Shown: positions 12,692 through 26,360 of the stretch, piece by piece | Position numbering within the stretch: position 1 is the first letter of the stretch | Layout of the letters: every line of letters begins with the position of its first letter | DNA from: Raillietiella orientalis | Lineage: Eukaryota | Direction of reading: 5' to 3' | DNA: 64,000 bases | Assembly (NCBI GenBank): GCA_036172245.1 | Contig: JAYWIR010000012.1 | Coordinates: 2,232,001 to 2,296,000 of the forward strand | Notes under the pieces: generated by a model | The model's database searches: none | What the model saw: only the letters and a program-made list of their open reading frames with translations | What the model was told of the DNA's origin: nothing | Made by a program: the position numbers and the translations under genes

Positions 12692-12897
12692 CGATCACGT
12701 GGGCGTGGATGGTAACGATCTTCGTGGGGACGCTCCTGGTGTCCACCCTGCAACGATAGGTCCCCGAGTCCACGAGCTGCGCGCGGGAGATCTCCAAGCG
12801 CGGGACGGGACTGAACCTGAAGGCGCACCTTCCGTGCAGACCTCCGCTGCCATCCGGGAGGCCTCTTCTGTCAACTTCTGGGACCCTGAGGTCCAGC
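12692..12897 (-). CDS. Ig gene exon: C-terminal half of V-set Ig domain 1
   Basis: Acceptor ttttcttttccAG, donor G|GTGAGT. Encodes LDLRVPEVDRRGLPDGSGGLHGRCAFRFSPVPRLEISRAQLVDSGTYRCRVDTRSVPTKIVTIHAHVI, containing the D-x-G-x-Y-x-C (YRCRVD) motif. 206 nt, phase 2 to 1. This frame is missing from the ORF track. Confidence 0.93.
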
Positions 12898-14078
12898 CTG
12901 GAAAAGAAAAGAGGCGGAGGTCAGCTTTGCCGGCGTCCGGGGGGGGGGGAGAGAATCCGGGCCAATTTGCGCGCGGGATCTCTGAGGGGCTAAGCACGAT
13001 CTTCCCAGGAGCCCGAATACTGCAGGAGGAGTTGGTCGGGAGCGAGTAGAGTCGAGGGTCAGGAGAGCGGACTGGGAGGGGGGAAGAGGGAAAGACAGGA
13101 AAAGAAGGGACCGCTTCGATGGGATGGGAATGCCTCCCGATGGATGGGGCGTCCGCAGAAAGAGATCGAGGACCTTGCCTTCTTGCTCTCCTGATCCCGC
13201 GAGGGATCGGGAACGTCCGGCGGAGCTCTCAGAAAGCATTTCGCGACATGAGGGAACGCCTCGTGAGATCCACGAGATCGATCACAGGACTTCCCACGCG
13301 CGCGTCCCCGAGAGGCGGGAAAGACTCGAGAGATTTTTTTTTTTTAAGATACAGGAAGCAGACCAGAGAAGGAACCCTTCGAAAGAGGAAATGAGGGTAG
13401 AAGGGATCGAGGAGCAGATGGTTGAGAAAACGGAACTTTGAAACCTCGGATGGCGGACACGCGAGAGTCCCTGCTTTTCGGGAAGGTCGCTCGGGACCCC
13501 GTCCTGTAAGGAGGAGGAAAAGCGGGGGCAGTTGACAGCACGACTCTCCTTGATTCCCCCTCCTCTGAGCCTTCGAAGCTGCGAGTGCTCCCCGGAAATC
13601 TTCCTGCGCCTTCCAAAGATCACCAAGGCACTTTTAGGAGGCTCACGTGCGCCCATTGCCGCCTCCCCTTCCCACGGTTCCCCGTGATGGAGTGGGCGCC
13701 TTGCTGCTCTCATTCGAGCAAGGAAGCGCCATCATCCCGGTCCTTGCAAAAGGGAGAAGGGAAAGCCCCAGCAGACCCTCTTTCCTCCTATTCGGAGCAG
13801 GCAGGGCTGATGGTCCAAGTTTGAATCTTTATCTGAGCTCCCTTGCAAACGCCCCTAAATCTGGGAAGGATGGGGGCAGAGTTCAAAGGGGTTGTGGGGT
13901 TGATCAGGAGACTTGGGAAAACCGAACTGCACTGCGGAAGTCCTCCCGGACATGTCCTTTCGTATTTCCCCCGCACCCAGATCGGGACCACTACCTACGG
14001 GAGCGGCCGACCTGCCAAAGAACAAAACGGCAAGTGGGGAAGCACTAGAGAATGGAAGATGCTTTGCTTGTGCAGCAC

Positions 14079-14205
14079 CTGTAGATCGGTGATTCGATGT
14101 CGTCCTTGAACCACAAGATCACACCTTCCCTTCTATGCTGGAGGCTGGCGGCGGATTTGCAGGGGAGGGACAGCTTCCTGTCCAAGATTGCGTAGGCGTG
14201 AAGAT
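14079..14205 (-). CDS. Ig gene exon: N-terminal half of V-set Ig domain 1
   Basis: Acceptor cttgttccatctcttgcAG, donor AG|GTGCTG. Encodes (D)LHAYAILDRKLSLPCKSAASLQHRREGVILWFKDDIESPIY(R). LPC, LWFK and PIY are typical of the Sidestep-family V-set domain. 127 nt, phase 1 to 2. Confidence 0.9.
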
Positions 14206-14559
14206 CTGCAAGAGATGGAACAAGAAAAAGTAGTGAAAGCTCCAAGACCATGATGGGGAGAAGCGGTCTTTTGTCCTGCCTACTCCCTTTTAGCATCCCT
14301 GATTGCTTCCAGAATAAACTGATACTCATTCTGGAGTTCTTGCCTTTTCCCAATCGTTCACGTGGGTGACTCACTTGTATGCGTTCCCATCTTCAGGGGT
14401 GATTCTCCTCTGCACCCTCATTCCCCCTCATATTACTCGGAACTTCTCTGGCTTCAGAGGATCACCTCTTCGTCCCGAAATCCCGAGATAGGTAGTCTGG
14501 AAAAGGAGGGAACGGTAGCAGAAGGTTCAGGGACTACTAGAGTGAAGGGAGGTTTTATA

Positions 14560-15110
14560 GGAATGGTCTTATAGGAACTGCGGCAAGCGGCTTTTGCAGA
14601 AGTCCTGCTTATTCCAGGAATTGAAGCAGTCCGATCTCGAGACAGGAAGTCTTCTCCTCTTTCCTCACCAGCTCTCGCCTCTACTCGCTGACCGCCGTGC
14701 CCCTGGAATCCCTGCCAGTCCAGGCGAACTTTCGATCCATAGCTCCATGCAAGATACGGGATTCCATGCGTTGCGTGCAACGCTCCTCCTCCCTGTCTGC
14801 TTGCCGTCTCCCTATCTCTTCAGCATTTACCATCGACCATGTTTCCTCGACTCGCAGAGTAGGATCCGCTGAGAACTCAAATTAAAAATTCAGATAGATT
14901 CGGGCACTTCGCAGTCGGACCAGAGCAACTCCAGCGGCTCCTTCCCGAGCCCTACTTCCTCCTGGCAAACAGAAATATGATCAGGGAACGAGGTGCTCCC
15001 AGCGCGCCGACAGCTCTCGAAACCATCGTCTTTGGTTTGTTACCCTGGACGGGAAAAACCAGACGGGGGACAGGTGGTCTGAAGGGATGCCTGCCATTCA
15101 CAAACTACGC
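14560..15110 (+). mobile_element. Highly decayed LINE RT remnant in the first intron of the Ig gene
   Basis: Scattered motif-like peptides in the expected order: ETGSL, ANFRSI, LPSPYLFSIY, WTGK..GGL. They lie in different frames and are closer together than in an intact RT. Confidence 0.3.
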
Positions 15111-18100
15111 GAGAGTCGAACCCTGCGGCGCCCTCTTCGCTGACAGGCGGAGGCAGCAGCTCTTCTGAGGATGAAAGAAAACGCTCGGGTTGCTCCGGTC
15201 GTCGTATCATCCTGTGCGAGGGTGTGCTCCTGCGAGTTCAATCCCTTCCTTCCTGCCCTTTCCTGTTTCCCCATCCTCAACTACAGCCGAGATTCCTTAG
15301 TGGCTGAAGAACGCTGCTTACACTACTCCTCGTGAGGAAGGTCGTACCCTCCCTCCGTCTCCGTCTTTAGGTACCTCGGGAGGTCAGCCCACTCGTCTCC
15401 AGCCTAACAGCTCATCCTTCTGCTCCAGACGAGTTTGCCTTCGTCTCACTACATCACTCCCTCCGACAGAAAAGACCAATTCACCTTGGAGAAGATGAGT
15501 CGATAACGTTCCTCCACCTCCCCATCATTGATCTATAGCTCTCATGTAGATGAGTGGCTCATTACTGATGATGCGTGGACTGCAATATGAACTGAGTAAT
15601 TCCTGCAGATGCGTGGTCTCTGAGAGACGGCGCAGTCTCTAATCCCGAGTATGTTCCGTGCCTTCCTCGGATGATGCACGAGGGTGCAGCCTTGTTCCTT
15701 TTCCTGCCTTCTAATCCCAACACCTTGGAACGCTACTACAAACCCATCAACGTGTCTCACCTCCCTGTTCACACCAGCATTCTCGCTTAGGCGTCCACCT
15801 TGCGAGCTACTTCATTCTGGTCGAGTTCTCTTGACCCTGTGCTTCATTCCCCGCTCCCCTGCCTGGCATTTCCTCTGGATCGCGATTTCCTTTCCTCTCC
15901 TACCCTCAACCTGCAGCTGACACAGAGAGAACTTTCGGAACGAATCGCTGCCACCTGCTTACCACCAAATAAAGAAACTAGGATTGCTGAAGCCGGATAT
16001 CTTTCACCTCGGCGATCTGATACAGAAGCTTTTCCCGTGGCTGCTCCGAATCCACTCTTCCCAAGCACTCTTCTTCCTTTGCCCTCCCTTGCCAACCAAA
16101 GGCTCCGAAAATACGGTATCGTCCAGCTCGAGTGCGCATCGGCCTTCACGTGGATCAGCAAACGCTAGAAGCTTGCATAGCATCGCTCTTATGAGGTCAA
16201 CGACGACCGATCTCACCCCCTCCCCCTTTTTTTCCTCTCTAATCTTCTAGCTCTTCTTCCCACTCTTCAGCTACTTCCCACACTTAGCCATCGCTTGCTT
16301 GGAGACATGGGGGATCCACGAAGGCTCCGCTAAGAGAGGAGGAGGAATCCACAGCTCAGCATGGAAAGCCAGAGTACCAATCGAAAGCGCTCACTTTTTC
16401 TCCTTCCGCTGCCTCAGGGAACGAAAGAGAACGTCAAGAGTCCTTCTTCATGAGGAAGGTGAAGATGGACGGGAGAAGCAAAATCGACCTGCTCATGGCA
16501 CCTGCCGCCAAGAAGCGCAGAAGGCATAATTGCTCGTTTCTCACTTGTTAATGCTCTCAGATGCCGAAGAACCCGCAGCCATTTGTGGGAAAGGAGGTAG
16601 ATTAGTCCGATTCCGAGTGAAAAAAGTCTTTCAGACTGGGATGTGATCGTAGGGATATCCTTGGCCAAGCGAGAAAGATCCTGGATGAAAAAAGGATGGA
16701 GCATCCTTAGGTCCTCCAGCTTCGTCGGGGCAGGAGAGCTCATATGCTCCCTAACTCTCCTCTTTTCCACTATTTTTGCACTTTCTGTATCTTCCGTGCT
16801 TTCACAAAGACGCGCGGCTTGATGGCCTCGCATTCTCCTTGGCTTTTCTCTTCCTTCCAGGGAAAAGAGTTCCAGCGTTCAGTCCCAAATTCTCCCAGCT
16901 TCCCGGAAAGAGCTTTTGAGCAAGTGAGGAAAAGGATGTGGAAGGGGTCTCCCGTCTGTGCAAAACTCACTACGTCCTGGAAGAGCAGGGAAATGGAGGG
17001 AACGAATTGTAAGGAGAAGGAAGCGGGAGGGAGGAAGCCTCAACCTGGAGGCCAGTCCCTGGATAGCCGCTCCTCCCCATCGTTTCCCCACGCTCATTTG
17101 CATGAAAGAGTTTTCCAAATCAAACTGCAGTGCACCTGCTTGTGCCTCCCCTTGCGCCTCTCCGCAGTTTTCCTCTTCACTCCCCCTCGGCCTTACCCGC
17201 CTCAATCCTGAGCAGTCGACTTTCATTAACGCGAACGGAAGAGCACGGGATGCCAGTTCGTCCCCTCTTCTTCCTCCGAGACGAATTCTGGGAGCCTAAC
17301 TCGATTCGCCCTTAGACATGCCTTTCCAGCGAAAAGTCCAGCAACCGTAACCATGGAGACAGGCATTTTTTCCGTGAAAGGGGACCGATCCTCTCGCACC
17401 TTTGACATGCGGATCAGCCGACTTTCTGCAGGACTTCCTGTGCGACCGGACAGATGAGAGCGGCCCGCAGAAGCCTTGGTCGATTACAAGAACAGCTCCC
17501 GGGACACAGAGACGGATAAATCAAGGTCGTGGGGAGGAGAATCTTAAGACAGGATGGGAATTGAGGAAGAGTCGTCTCCGTGCGCTTCCGAAAAGTGAAA
17601 GTTTTTCTCCTCCAGAAAGCGTGACAACGAAACGGAACGACTTCATCACCAGCAAAATACGCGCCGGAAACAAACCCTTTCTTCGATTTGGAGGGTCAAG
17701 TGCTAGGGGAACGCTGGGAGAAGACCATGATCCCGATTCGTGGTCACGGGGTCCAAGACAAGACAGGGGAAGTTTGTGGGAAGAAAGGAGGAAGACGACA
17801 GCTTACACACAGAGAAAGGAGAGTCACTCGGCTGCCAGTGAAAGCACTGAAGCGAGGAAGACGGAAACCATTCGAGAAAAACGCCACCTCTGCCCTCGTT
17901 TCCGGCATTCGTTCCGTTTGGACTCCCTGCACGTCTTGCGTCTTGCCAACCGTGTCGCGACGGGACGTCGACAGGGAAGCGGGATCACGCGATTTCCAAC
18001 CCATCCATACCTTAGAATGGGCATCTGAGAAGGGAATGGGAAGGGAAATAAGGAAAGTCTATCAAGGGACCGCTACCTTCAGACATCGATAGCCACAGCA

Positions 18101-18766
18101 GCAGAACGGAGACTGCCCAGTGAGACTCCCCGTGCTCGAAAACTGCCGTGTCCATCCAGGACTCGATGGATCGGGAGAGGGAATACGCCAAACTTACGGG
18201 GGCATCTCGTGGGCTGCTTTGGCGGCGGATCGCAAAGTCAAACGGGACGTTTGCACTCTCCCGTGGCAACCCGATTTGCACACCCGCGAATTCGTCCGGG
18301 TTGGTGGTCGTCGGTCAGGAAAGGTAATCAGGACTTGCAACGATGGCGACACGGACGTAGTTACCGATGGAAGTTGTCACGAAATTAGCCAAACTAGCGA
18401 GAACCTTGCCCGGCGACTTCCTTAGTGACGGGAAAGCACCAAACGGAGCGCATACGCTCCCCGATAGCAACGTAATCCGCATATCCGTCCACTGGGACTT
18501 GGTCCTCAGCCGATGACCTTACCGACAACTCCCGAGACTCTGTCCACAGACTGTGGATGGAGCCTGATGACACACGCCCATGTCGAGGCGTTTCCCTGGT
18601 TGGCTCCGGAACGCGTTCTTCCCCACCCCTCCCCGATTCTCTTCCCGGGTCCACCACCGAGCAGCGCGACCGTCCAAGCACCAGCGCCACTCGGACAAGC
18701 AGTCAGTCAGCGAACGGAAGAGGAAGAAGATGAGGAAAACAACAAAAAAAAAATTTTTTTTTTTAC

Positions 18767-18842
18767 CGGACTGAACAAGGATTTGCGAGCCAGGAATTAA
18801 AATCGTGAGAAGCTTCAGGAAAATCGCCTTCTCGGTTGTCAT
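18767..18842 (-). CDS. Probable first coding exon (signal peptide) of the Sidestep/nephrin-like Ig gene
   Basis: ATG in context ccctgccATGa. Encodes MTTEKAIFLKLLTILIPGSQILVQS (short hydrophobic core) and ends in a phase-1 donor (G|GTAAAA) that matches the phase-1 acceptor at 14205. The link across a 4.5-kb intron is inferred. Confidence 0.55.
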
Positions 18843-21800
18843 GGCAGGGTAGGCGTCTCGAACCGTGGACCACGGGTCATGCACAATTCCATCGATCGTT
18901 CAGGTGTTCAGTGCACGTCCAGGCGCATCCGGGTCCGCACCTTGGCGCGGAGCATGGTCCAGCAGCCGTCCTCAGGGTGCTCGTTATCCCGCTGCTCCCG
19001 CTTCCTTGCAGACGGAGGGGGCCGCAGACAGAAACGTCCCCGGTGCGAAATCCTCGGGACAATTAGCGACGGTCACAATTAGGGGGGCAAGCCCGGCTCC
19101 TGCCGCAGCGAACTCGGGGAAGCGCGAGGCAGGTTCGCGATCGCCTGCTCCCTCGGAGAGCGGCCCCCGCGCAGGCGCAGGCGGCCCCATTGTTGACGCG
19201 AGGCTTCCGCCGGCCGCTGCGAGATAAGGCGCGCTCCGTCGGGGCGGCGCAGCGCGCGGCAGCGCTGGGCGTTCGTTCCGGGAGGAAAACCCTCCTCGTC
19301 CGCAGCCTCCTCCGCGGCGGCGGCTACCCCGGTCGCTGAACGGGAAGGATCCCGGAACGGGAAGGTTCCCCCCATTTGCATTCGAAAAGCGGATTAGAAA
19401 GGGAACGAGCGGGAGCTTCGGAACACGTAATTTTCGGTTCTGGAGAGGGGCGGCGCTGAAAAACAAAGGAAGGAGGAGAGGGAAAAGCAAGAAGGAAACG
19501 TCGGTGTAAACAAGGGCGCGCTCCCCTATCAGCATCTGAGAATGCGTCCGGGAGATTCCCCCTTCGCGTCCTTGATTCCTCCTGGATCTGGTGTGCGGAG
19601 CGTCCCGGCGCTGGAAGGTAAGGACGAGGAAGAGGGAAGGAAGGGAGGGGGGCGGCTTCGCCATCGGGATTTTCGGGGATCCTTGCCGCGGGGTCTTGCT
19701 GGGAGGTGGCCCTCATTTTGGCGCCGGAACGGGCGTGCCTCCCCCCCCCCCGGGCGCGCTCTGCGGGGAACCAACGCCCGCGGAGATCTGGACGCGACCC
19801 GTGACGCTCCAGGAACTAAAAGGGGGAGGGGAGGGGGAACCTTGGGCGGGTTCACTTTGCTTCCCTCGAGCAACGGCTTCGGCGTCCACGAGAAGCGGAC
19901 CTTCTTCTTTCCCCCCACCCCACCCCCTCCACACACACACACACACCTGCCCAGCATCCGACGTGGACCCCGTGTGAGGGTTCGTCCCTCGCTCTGCGGC
20001 TGGCAAGGTCTCCCCTGCTAGGAGGGGCTGCCGTCGGCAAGAACAGGGAGAACCCCTTCCCTCCCCTTCTCTGCCTTTCATCATCCCCGAGATGCCGCCA
20101 GGAACCTTTCATCCGTCCGGGAATGTCCACTCCCGACTCCGGGAATGCGGCCGGCCGGGATTCGGCCCTGCAGCCACGTGAGGAAGCGGCGCTCCTCCCT
20201 CGCCGTTCCAGTAGTAGAGGAGGTGCCATGGACCTCCCCGAACAGTGGGCACTCTTAGGACGCCGTCCCCTTCCTCCGGTCCACTCGAACAGCTTTCGCA
20301 CGCAGGTAATCCGGCCGCTCTCTGGGAACTGCTCCTCTCCGGAGTTCGATGTTGCTCCGGTAGCCTTCCGAAACTACGTGGTGACGCCGAGGGGGGGGAT
20401 GGGGGATCTACTCCCGATGAAGAAGAAATTCCCACGTTCCAGAGGCGCAGGCGCGCGTCCGGGTCCGCATGGAAACGGCGAGGCTCGTCTCCGCTCCAAA
20501 GGCGGCCATTTTGCTCTCTCCCCGTGGCGACGGCTGCACCCCTGGCTTGAGGGATCCCTGCAGCTAGCGGGAGCGCCCTTGTCTTCCCGCCTCGCTCCGG
20601 GAGTCGAGGTTCCTCAGGCGCGGGGAGGTCAGCGGAATCCTCCTCGGTGCTGCCGCCGCCGCGGTCGTCGGACAGCCGTCGACCCGCCGACCGCTCCTCG
20701 AAGGCGGAAGCAGCGGGCGTTTCCGTCCGGCAGAGGCGCTCGCGACCCGACGCTCCCGCCGACTGGCAGCAGCGGCCGAGCCGCGAACTTCCCGGTCATT
20801 CTCGGGCTGGTCACAGCGGTGCCTCCCAGCTCCGCAGCATCTCACACCAGTAAGCGGGCTGCCCGGAAGGGCTGTAGGAAGCCATCGTTCCCCCCCCCCC
20901 CCCCGAGCCACCCGGAGGCTTCGCAGCGGAACGCGCTTTCTCTTCTTACACCACACCCGCGTGCCCACCATTTTGCCGGTGGTGCTCCGGGTCCTCCTTC
21001 GAAACGAGGAGCCCCCACTTGCTTCCCCCACCTGCTACCATTCGAAGGACCCCCCTCTTCCTCCCTCAGTTTTCTGTAGCGCCATGCGTCCCTTCTCTTT
21101 CCGGCGCGAATCTTCTGCGGCGCAGGAGGTGGCCGGGTCGGTGGGTCTCCGAGTCCAACGCATGATACGCACCAGGCCCCCTTCCTCCCGCCACTCCTCT
21201 GCGAAAAATTTCCCGCAGTCTCCCGACGGAGCGTGGAGCTACCGGGGTTCCCGACAGCCGTCTCCGCCCTTCCTCTTCGGCACCTGAGCGCCGCCATCTT
21301 GCGTCCTTCGAAGAGTCACCTGTCCTCCCCACGCGAGATGGCGTTCCGGGAGCCATAGCAGGTCCGGATGCTCGCCCCGAGGGCATTTCAGCCTTCTGTT
21401 CCCGCAGGGCCGGTGATGGGTACGATGCTGACCTCTCCTCGCCTGCTGGAGCGGTCGATCGCCCCAGGAGCGCCGTTCGCTATCACCGGCTCCCCCATGC
21501 CGCGCGCCGCAGGGAGACCTCGAGGCAGACGCAGGCAGGCTGGTTTTCTGGCGGCCATTAAAACCTATTTCCTTCCTACTCACCCACTTCCCTACGAGGG
21601 ATCTTCGGGAAACCAGGACGACGACGGTTGCCCCGCGCCTGAACGCCCTGAGCGGGGCTCTCCCTCCTATCGCGTCACGTGAGCGGGGACCTGCCTGGGA
21701 CGAGCAGCCCTTCCCCAAAGGAGTCGCGCGATCCGGATTCGGGGTGGTCAGAACACGAGGGTGGAACCGGTGGGCCGGAGGCTGGAGAGGCGTCTTCCTT

Positions 21801-22269
21801 CCCATTCCGCTCGGCGCCATCCCGGACCATCTGCCCATTCCGGCATGAGGCGACCCGGAGCGGTCCACTCCCTGCGAGCGAGAGAAGGACGCCTATCCGC
21901 AGAGGCAGCTCGCGATGCGGCGTCGGTCTGGCACCCCTACGTCTCCTCCCGCGTACGGAGACGCCGTGTCCTCGGGCGGCGCAGCGGGGAGCCGGACGGC
22001 TCGGCTCAGAGCTCCACCTACGACGGAGTAGCACCGCCCCACCGGACCGGACGCCCCGGGAGGAGAGACCTCCCATCCTCCAGCCTCCGGAGCCGACCCG
22101 TAATCGATGGCGTCTCTCAGAGCTCAGGGATGCTGTAAACAAGCGTCTTTAATAGCGTTTTCTCTCCGCCGGATTCGCAGCATCCATTATTAACATCTAC
22201 GCGTCCCATTGGGGTTCTGCTGGGATCGATCGCCGCTGCCGCTCCCTCGCTCGGCTCACCTTCGCGCGC

Positions 22270-22812
22270 GCCAGGAGCGCGCCGCTGGGGGGTGTGAGGG
22301 ATGTGGATCCCTCCTGCATCTGCCCGTGGACTGCGTTGCCCCGCGACCGTTACGGGAGCGTGTAGCAGCGACGGCCCTTCAGACTCCACACGGCGACCCC
22401 AGGGACGCCCGGGAGCCCCTCTTCGCGCGCGACGCATTGCCACCGGCCACATCCCCATCGGTCGTTCGCTACCCACGTGGGGTCGTGACGGTCTGGAGCG
22501 GCGCCAGGGGACGCGCCATCCACGTTGCCCTACGCTTTTTGCGGAGGACGGCGAGGTGGCCCAGCCCCTGCAAGAAGATGCGAGAGGAACTCGCCGGCAT
22601 CCTCGAGAGGATGTGGAGGACGGTCTCTGGAAGGTAGTGATCCCTTCCGATGACCCCTCAAAATTTATTCGATTTGTGTTTTTATTTCCCCCCTTTTGTC
22701 TCTACTCTCTGCCGTAGAGGCCACCCTTTAGTGGGACCAATGGCCCTACTATTGTTGTGCTGCTCCGTCTCGCTCCAGGGGATGACCCGCTTGAGGGGGA
22801 ACCTCCGCTCAG
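22270..22812 (+). mobile_element. 3' end of a degenerate non-LTR retrotransposon (family A): CCHC-like knuckle, C-terminus and 3' tail
   Basis: CEGCGSLLHLPVDC (C-x2-C..H..C), then LFARDA..PRGVV..AIHVALRFLRRTARW..REELAGILERM*, then a ~130-bp tail shared with 24279-24406. Confidence 0.65.
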
Positions 22813-24278
22813 GAAACGGGGTAAGGTGGGGAGTGGCAGTTCCCTTTCCCTTCCCTTCCTCCTTTCCCCATCTCTTGCTGAGAGGGAGCTCCCGCTTCTT
22901 GGACTCGCAGGGTCGGCCCATCGGCTGCCTCACGCTCCGGCCCCGGGTTGCGGATCCCGAAAAGGGGAAGCACCCGAAAGGACGCCCTCCAGCAGGAAGA
23001 GGTCCTTTCGGGCGCTTCCCCTTTTCGGGCGATTCCCTTCGGTTGCCGGGAGACGCGTCTGGCGTCTCCCGGCAACCGAAGGGGATCTCTCGAAAAGCCT
23101 CTGGTCCGAGCTTCTCCTCGCGCGTCCCCATTTCCTCGGATGCGTCAGCCGCTGGAGTGCCCACCACGGCGCAGGTCGATCGGTGTGCCTCCTTCCTCTC
23201 GCGGGAAGGGTCTGGCGTGCTGAGGTCGGGCGCTCGCGGTCCCTCGAGTTCCTCTTGGACTCGGGTTCTCCACTGGGAAAACGTCGAGGGGCGTGCAGTC
23301 GCCTGGAAGAGCACCCTCAGGGACGGTCGGCCATTCCTTGGTACCCGAACGGAACGCGCTTAACGGACTTGGGAACGGGCGAGGGTGTGGCCTCGACCGG
23401 ATTTCACGTGGCCTCGAGGCCCCCGATGCCCCAGAGCCAGAGTCATTGCTCGCCGTGAAAGGGCTGTGTGGTTTCCGAGGGAGAGGGGTGAGGTTCCTCT
23501 GATTCCAGAGGGCAGACGAGGGAATCCTCAGGTCGAAAGAGCGGCGGTGACCTCCCGGGCGACCGTCGCGATGTGTGGGGCTTCTGCTCAGGCCCATAGG
23601 GGCTCCGAGAGAGAGCACTCTTCGCTTCTCGCGGAGAAAGAGAAGAGGGATTTTCCCTCTTCGCTTTCTTGCACCCCGTCGGCGCCGTGGCACCAGCAGG
23701 CGCTTTTTCGCGCACGCACTCCGCCCTTTCCTCAACACCATCATGCGCTCCTCTTGCCTTGCCAGGAGCGCGTTTTCCTTAGAGGTGCGGTAGCTCTAGC
23801 CTGGAGCAGCGTGGACGCTCCGGTGCTCTCTCCGGGTCAGGAGCGAGGAACTTGAATGCACGAGATCCGCGCCTTCCAGCGCCATCTGAGCCGGCGGAAG
23901 TTCTGCACCCTGGTCCACCGCACCTGGTCCAGCAGCAGAATCTTTAGGATTCCCTGCAGAGGAATTCTCCCTTGAGCTCCGGGCTCTGCACAGCTTGGGG
24001 GCCGCGGTTTCTCCCCGGCCCTGGAACGGACGAGGAGCCTCTGGAAGGCGCAGGGACGGCGGGATCAAAGCGGAAGCTGACGAAGCTTCTTGGGGCGCGA
24101 GGCATGCAGGGAAGGATCGAAGCCCGGTCGCCGCGGGGGCGCTCATTTTAAAATAAACATGCAAAAAAAAAAGGCGAGGTATGGGGCGGGGAGTAACGTC
24201 GCACGGAGTCGAAGAATCCTTCAGAAATGTCCGAAGTGCCGACGTAGTCGAAATAACGGAGCGGCTGGAAGGAGGAGA

Positions 24279-24406
24279 TTTATTTCCCCCCTTTTGTCTC
24301 TCCTCTGCCGTCGAGGCCACCCTCTAGTAGGACCAATGGCTCTACTATTGTTGTACTATAGCTGCTCGCTCCAGGGGATGACCCGCTTGAGGGGGACCTC
24401 CTCTCA
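24279..24406 (+). repeat. Tail-only copy of the family A 3' UTR
   Basis: Near-identical to 22681-22812 (tttatttcccccc..gaggccaccct..ggaccaatggc..ctactattgttgt..ctcgctccaggggatgacccgcttgaggggg). Confidence 0.85.
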
Positions 24407-26360
24407 GAGGAAGAGTAGAAGATAAATGAAACAGGAACGGTGGATGCTGTGCCTGGGAGGAAAGGGAAGAAGAAGCGATCACCGCTCGTCCCTATGGACC
24501 CTCCGCGTCCTCTGAGGGATGACCGACCAGCTCCTCCCGGGATGACGTCCAAGGTGGGTTTGTCTCGTCGCGATCCACAGACTGCGGAAGGAAGGTGTCC
24601 AGGAGCGGGCAACTTCGCAACCGCTGTGCCCTCTCCCAGTCTCGCAGCCTGGAGGCTGCGGGGCCTCTTCGGGCAGCAGAGGGGCGACTGCTGCAGCGGC
24701 AGGCGGCATGGCGCTCGGCACGAGGAGGAGCTTCACGGCGACTCTGGGGCTGAAGGGGAGGGGCCGCGGAGGAACGTTCCCCTTCCCCCAATTCCTGGGG
24801 GCTTCATGCCATTCACTGGCATGAAGGGGAAGGATTCCACCCCTCTCGCATCCGGCGCAGTTCGGCACTACCCTTCCCCTCGGTCAGTGGGGTTGGGGCG
24901 GAGCGCCTGGAGGTAGGAGTCAGTGGACACCTGGGGGTCGAGGTTACCCCACGATTCGTCCTGGGAGCACTCTTTCTGGAGGAAGTGGAAAGGGATGGAA
25001 AGAAGTGGATCTGAGCCACGCTAGCCGCGGCGCTGTCCTCTCCACGGAAGGGAAACCACACCTACTGGTCGAATTCCCTCTCGTGTGGATTCTCAAAGCA
25101 GGTGATTTAAACCATCAGTTGCCGGAGCGGCGGAATTGGTGGGCCGGTGGGAGACAGACCAGTGGGCGGCGACGCCAGGTGCCCGCGCTGAAGGGCTGCC
25201 CTGCCACCCAGAGGAAGGCTTGGAGATCCCGCCGTCGGGCCTGAGCGGGAGCGCCGGGCATCGTGACGGTCCGCTCCTTGGCGCCCCTGGTCTCCTGAGA
25301 GACCACCACCGCTTTTCCGACTGGGAGGACCGGACGAGGCTGATTATGTGCACAGTTCTTGCTCCCTCTCCCGCCCTTGCAGCCTCGCAGTGGAGGCGGC
25401 GCCTCCTCGGCTCATCAGGACTCTGCGGAGGCGGCTTAACTCTCTGCACGAAGGGATCCTTTACAGCGTCGACTGGGTTCGTCCACCTGCTAATGCCGGG
25501 TGGTCCAGAGGAGGGAACTCCCGGACTTCCGGGAGTTTCTGTATCGAGGGCCTCTGTTCCTCGGGGGCAGTAAGGCACTGCTCGTTCCGCAGGAAGGTTC
25601 CGGACTGAGGGAGGAAGGAGTCGCGCCGCTGCTTGGTCGACGCCACGCGATGCCGCGAGGAAGGGCGCCGACGCCCCCTCGCACCCGACACAGTTTGGCG
25701 TGCCCTGCTTCGCGCATGTCAGTGCATCGTGTTTCCCCCCGGGCATCGAGGGAAACGTTTCTCTGTGGTCCTCTTCCTTCCCTTTCGTCAGCCCAGCGTC
25801 ACTGTGAAGCCCGTGGCAGGAAAAGAGGAAGGGGAGGGGAGGGGAAATGACATGCGAGCCCCTGGCTTCCCGCTTCAGCGGGGATCATCGTCAGCACCCA
25901 AGCGCCAAGTGGAGGGGGCGTAGAGGGGCGAAGTCGCTGGATGGCGATGAATTATTCATTCTCTTCAAACTGATGGAAGGGAGGGATGGGGGAGGTGAAG
26001 AGGGGGGCTTGGGAGAGGAGGGGGAACGCGAATCCTCCGGAGCCGCGCGGGGGTGGGGGGAGGGAGCTTGGAGCGCGGAGGCTTCGGGGAGCAATCGACG
26101 AGGACGCTGGAAGGTGGAAATGTGTTTCCTGGAGTCCGTGCGCGATTGCGCGGGGGCTTCCCCCGCTTCTGGAACTGCGACGGCAGCCTCGGCCATCTTC
26201 CCGGCGCGGCCTGTCGGTCCTCTCTTCCCTCCCTCTGCTTAAGTGGGCTTCCGAACTTTATTGGACGGATCTAGAATCGCTTCCGCTCATTATAAGATCG
26301 TTCCGCCGCGTTTTCCCCCGGCGCTCCTTCCATCAAATGGCTTCGAAGTGGTTTATTTGG

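Noticed and set aside
18523..18691. Extra Ig-gene exon ending at the strong donor TCG|GTAAGG
   Set aside because: I found no good acceptor giving phase-1 in and phase-1 out, and the peptide has no Ig character. It cannot be excluded without RNA data.
25075..25125. APE endonuclease-like ILKAGDLN motif
   Set aside because: A single motif with no supporting neighbours in frame.
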